Shown: piece by piece, positions 55,270 to 58,730 of the stretch | Layout: each line of letters begins with the position of its first letter | Numbering within the stretch: position 1 is the stretch's first letter | From: Candidatus Woesearchaeota archaeon | GTDB taxonomy: Archaea; Nanobdellota; Nanobdellia; SCGC-AAA011-G17; JACQNH01 | Assembly: GCA_023246445.1 (NCBI GenBank) | Contig: JAHFIJ010000001.1 | Coordinates: forward strand, 1-58,730 | Direction of reading: 5' to 3' | Length of the DNA stretch: 58,730 nt | The notes under the pieces: generated by a model | What the model was told of the DNA's origin: nothing | The model's database searches: none | What the model saw: only the letters and a program-made list of their open reading frames with translations | Translations under genes and position numbers: made by a program

Positions 55270-55611
55270 ATGTCGCAAACTATCTTTAAAAAAATTGACT
55301 ATCCAATGCATTTAAGGAAGAGTATTCTCTCTCTAGCCTTAGAAACAGCGCATTTAAACTCTAACCTTAAAACACTAATTCTGGATAAAAAAATAAAGCT
55401 GGAAACCTATAATAAAATCAAGTTAAACATAAATGAAGCCAATGAAATGCTAACCAAACTAGAAAAAGAATATTTAAAGGAAATAAATGATTCAAAAGTT
55501 GATAAATATAAAGATAAAGGCTTTAAACCAAAATTTAAGCCTAAATCAGACGAAGATTACAGTTTAATAAAAGAAATAAACGAAATAAGGGAAAAACTAG
55601 CTAGATTATAG
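55270..55611 (+). CDS. coiled-coil protein, function unknown
   Basis: Start set at MSQTIFKK, 1 nt after the upstream stop; the track ORF starts at 55243. Confidence 0.4.
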   Translation: MSQTIFKKIDYPMHLRKSILSLALETAHLNSNLKTLILDKKIKLETYNKIKLNINEANEMLTKLEKEYLKEINDSKVDKYKDKGFKPKFKPKSDEDYSLIKEINEIREKLARL

Positions 55612-55660
55612 TTATTTTTCATTTCAAAAAGTATTTAAATAACTACTATTATCCTATACT

Positions 55661-58150
55661 ATGGACATCTCAAAATCTTTTTTACTGGATCGCTTTAAAC
55701 AGCAGCCAGAAAAATACTGGCAGGTTGAACTATTCAATGAAAAAGGCTTTACAAGGCTGCAATGTAAAAAATGCGATAAATTCTTCTGGTCTTTAGATCA
55801 GAATAAGCAAATCTGCTCTGATTCCTCCTGCACACCTTATTCCTTCTTAAATTCCCCAATAACAAAGAAAAAATTAAATTATGTTGAAATGTGGAAAGCA
55901 TTTGAAAACTATTTTAAAAAACAGGATCATACAGCTATATCTCGTTATCCTGTTATTGATCGTGTAAGGCCGGATTTATACTTTACAATAGCTTCAATAC
56001 AGGATTTCCAGAGAATAGATAAATCAGGCAATATATTCTTTGTATACCCGGCTAATCCTTTAATAATCCCTCAAATCTGCCTAAGATTTGGAGACATCCA
56101 ATCTGTAGGAGTTTCAGGCAGACACTTAACATCCTTTTGTATGTCAGGCCAACATGCATTTAACATAAAGAACAAGGGATATTTCAAAAATGAATGTATA
56201 AGATATAATTTTGATTTTTTAACAAAAGAATTAGGAATTCCAGAAGAAGAATTGGTTTACATAGAAGACCTATGGCATATGCCGGACTTTTCAGCCTTTG
56301 GCCCGTGCTTAGAAACATTTTCAAAAGGCTGTGAATTAGTTAACTCAGTATTCATGCAGTTTCAGGCAACTCAGGGAACAAACTTCAAGGAATTGCCAAT
56401 GAAAGTAATAGATGTTGGCTGGGGTCATGAAAGATTAACATGGTTTTCAAATGGAACTCCAACTATATATGAATCAACATTTGGGCCCATAGTAAACCTC
56501 TTAAAGAAAAAAGCATCAATAAAGATTAGTGAAGATTTATTAGCAGAAATCACATCAGCAGTTTCATCTCTGGATTTCGATAAAGAAGGAAAAAATATAA
56601 AAAAAGTTTATAAAAAGATTGGTATCTCTGACAATATTTTAAATAAGCAGTTATATCCACTACAAGCAGTCTATTCTATCTGTGATCATCTAAGAACAAT
56701 ATTATTTGCGATATCTGACGGAGGCATCCCATCTAATGTTGGGGGCGGTTATAATCTAAGGGTTTTATTAAGAAGAGTCTTTAATTTTGAAGACAAATAT
56801 AAATTTAATTTTGATCTGATGGCTATTGCAGAATCACATGCATCCTTTTTAAAAAAAATGTATCCTGAACTAAAAGGCTCTTTAGAAACAGTAAAAAAAG
56901 TTTTAGAAATAGAAAGATCTAAATACAATTCTACAAAAGAAGCATCAAAAAAAACAGTTGAAAGAATGATATCAAGAAATGAATCATTTAATGCTGAAAA
57001 ATTAATTACTTTGTATGAATCCCAGGGAATCCAGCCAGAATATATCCAGCAATTCAAAAACATAAAGATCCCTGAAGACTTCTACGAAAGAATTACTTCC
57101 AAGCATGTCCGGACAGAAAATCCAATAAGGCGTGATAAAGAAGAAATATACTTTAAGGTTCAGCCCACAAAATTAAATTACTATGAAACCCCTGCAGAAC
57201 TTGAATTTGATGCTAATATAATTAAAATCATAAATAAATGTGTAGTTCTAGAAAAAACCTTGTTCTATCCTGGCGGTGGCGGCCAGGAAAATGATTTGGG
57301 CAGAATAGGGGATTCAAGAGTATTATCAGTTGAAAAAAAGGGTGACGTAGTTATGCATCTGGTTGATAATCCAACATTTAATGAAGGAGATCTTGTTCAT
57401 TGTGTTATTGATAAAGAAAGGCGTTTACAATTAATGCAGCATCATACAGGAACACATATAATTAATGCAGCAGCTCGTCATATTCTTGGATCGCACATTA
57501 ATCAGGCAGGCGCACACAAATCCATTGAAAAAGCGCATTTGGATATTACCCATTATCAGAATATTTCAAATGAAGAATTAACAAAAATAGAGGAATTTGC
57601 AAATGACATTATAAAAAGGGGGATTAAAACAAGAATTAACGTATATCCAAGAGAAGTTGCAGAAAAAAGATTCGGATTAAAAATTTATCAGGGCGGAGCA
57701 ATTGAAGGAAAGAAAATCAGAATAGTAGAAATCCCGAAAATAGATGTGGAAGCCTGTTCAGGAACTCATCTGCCATCAACTAAAGATGTAAAAGCAATTA
57801 AAATTTTAAAAGCTTTTAAAATCCAAGATGGAATTGTCAGAATAGAATTTGTAGCAGGCTCAAGAGCCTTGAATGAAGCCAGCAAAGAAAAAGAATTATT
57901 AAAAAGATTGTCTTTAAAGTTAAAAGTTTCTCCTCAAGAAATACCAGAGAGAACAAAAGAGTTGTTTGAGATATGGAAAGAGGTTAAAAAAGGAAAAGAA
58001 TTTTCAGGATTTAAAATAAAAAAGAAAACCTTAGGGAATGATAGGGAATTAATTTCTATAACTGCTTCTATATTAAAAACACAAACAGAGCATTTAGAAA
58101 AAACCATAGATAGATTCTTGAAAGAAATAGAAGAATCTAAAAAAGTTTAA
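55661..58150 (+). CDS. alaS: alanyl-tRNA synthetase (archaeal type)
   Basis: 829 aa. Class II catalytic core, editing domain HHTGTHIINAA...CSGTHL. Confidence 0.93.
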   Translation: MDISKSFLLDRFKQQPEKYWQVELFNEKGFTRLQCKKCDKFFWSLDQNKQICSDSSCTPYSFLNSPITKKKLNYVEMWKAFENYFKKQDHTAISRYPVIDRVRPDLYFTIASIQDFQRIDKSGNIFFVYPANPLIIPQICLRFGDIQSVGVSGRHLTSFCMSGQHAFNIKNKGYFKNECIRYNFDFLTKELGIPEEELVYIEDLWHMPDFSAFGPCLETFSKGCELVNSVFMQFQATQGTNFKELPMKVIDVGWGHERLTWFSNGTPTIYESTFGPIVNLLKKKASIKISEDLLAEITSAVSSLDFDKEGKNIKKVYKKIGISDNILNKQLYPLQAVYSICDHLRTILFAISDGGIPSNVGGGYNLRVLLRRVFNFEDKYKFNFDLMAIAESHASFLKKMYPELKGSLETVKKVLEIERSKYNSTKEASKKTVERMISRNESFNAEKLITLYESQGIQPEYIQQFKNIKIPEDFYERITSKHVRTENPIRRDKEEIYFKVQPTKLNYYETPAELEFDANIIKIINKCVVLEKTLFYPGGGGQENDLGRIGDSRVLSVEKKGDVVMHLVDNPTFNEGDLVHCVIDKERRLQLMQHHTGTHIINAAARHILGSHINQAGAHKSIEKAHLDITHYQNISNEELTKIEEFANDIIKRGIKTRINVYPREVAEKRFGLKIYQGGAIEGKKIRIVEIPKIDVEACSGTHLPSTKDVKAIKILKAFKIQDGIVRIEFVAGSRALNEASKEKELLKRLSLKLKVSPQEIPERTKELFEIWKEVKKGKEFSGFKIKKKTLGNDRELISITASILKTQTEHLEKTIDRFLKEIEESKKV

Positions 58151-58374
58151 TCCCCATGCCCCGTCTGCCAATAATAATGTCTTAAATCTTCTTCAGATAA
58201 ACTTGCTTCAAAACTTGGAAAGTAACTTTCTCTTGAAGAGATAGGATAAACCAGTTTATCTTCTAATCTTCCTCCATTCCCCCCTCTTTGTCTACTATCA
58301 GCACGATTTCTGTCGTTTAAATCCCCCCTCGCCAAATACACCCAACTCAATTCAACACCACTATTGTCTCCCAT
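58147..58374 (-). CDS. small hypothetical protein
   Basis: 75 aa. AGGAGG lies 7 nt upstream of the ATG. Gly/Arg-rich middle. Its 3' end overlaps the convergent alaS by 4 nt. Confidence 0.4.
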   Translation of the reverse strand: MGDNSGVELSWVYLARGDLNDRNRADSRQRGGNGGRLEDKLVYPISSRESYFPSFEASLSEEDLRHYYWQTGHGD

Positions 58375-58730
58375 TTTATTCCTCCTGTTTTTGCCCGGTT
58401 TTCCCAGGACTTTTTCTGTAAGGAGATTCTTCTAGCAAGATATCATTGAAGCCCAAACATTAAATTTTAAAAAAATAATGCTCAGGCATTAATTAATAAA
58501 AACAACTAAAAGAACACTAACTAAACATAACAGATTCAGTTTCATCTTATTATATCTAGTTTCCATAAGGATTTATATCCCAAGACACTATTTAAAGATT
58601 TCCTTCCTACGTAACTGGTTAGCTACTCTATCACAATAATCAACAAATAGTTGTTTAACACCTTAATTCTGGGGGGTTATAAAGGCAGGCAAACAAGATG
58701 CAAATACCCCCAGAATTAAAGGAAATAAGT

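Noticed and set aside
1-58730. I looked for CRISPR arrays, IS elements/transposases, integrases, prophage genes and 16S/23S rRNA.
   Set aside because: I saw no regularly spaced short repeats, no transposase, integrase or capsid-like ORFs, and no large rRNA sequence. The only repeats found are those reported above.

Overview
This is an AT-rich (about 30% GC by eye, not computed), very tightly packed archaeal chromosomal segment; many neighbouring genes overlap by 4-19 nt. Archaeal markers include Kae1, TFE-alpha, ribosomal protein eL15, Elp3, archaeal-type ProRS/TrpRS/AlaRS, AlaX, PAC2, PolX and an Nre-like protein. There is also a bacterial-type grpE-dnaK-dnaJ operon, almost no metabolism, and many Cys-rich secreted or surface proteins. 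Four toxin-antitoxin-type modules are present: RHH-PIN, AbrB-PIN, AbiEi/AbiEii and an NTase pair. This profile fits a small-genome DPANN-type archaeon, but that is inference only and no search was run. RNA genes are a stand-alone 5S rRNA and one tRNA (Arg-UCG candidate) whose T-loop is split by a ~59-nt intron. I saw no CRISPR array, transposase or integrase. The observations most worth follow-up are listed here. (1) A perfect 149-bp direct repeat brackets an AbrB-PIN cassette and duplicates the 5' end of the nre-like gene. (2) The T-loop tRNA intron. (3) A 17-nt palindromic site is shared by the grpE-dnaK promoter and the promoter of a nearby wHTH regulator, suggesting a heat-shock regulon. 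(4) A secretome theme combines an S8 protease with a duplicated domain inserted between catalytic Asp and His, a 6-Cys 'CxDSDG' module in three secreted proteins, a duplicated promoter and a VKOR homologue. (5) A 947-aa TPR/polytopic-membrane/APH-like-kinase protein lies immediately downstream of kae1, where Bud32 normally sits. (6) A HEAT-repeat::DNA-methyltransferase fusion sits at the left window edge. (7) A ~150-bp direct repeat pair flanks a secreted-protein gene. (8) AbiE plus an HTH_10 regulator is inserted between paralogous ECF S-components. All functional calls come from motif reading of the supplied translations; none was verified by database search.
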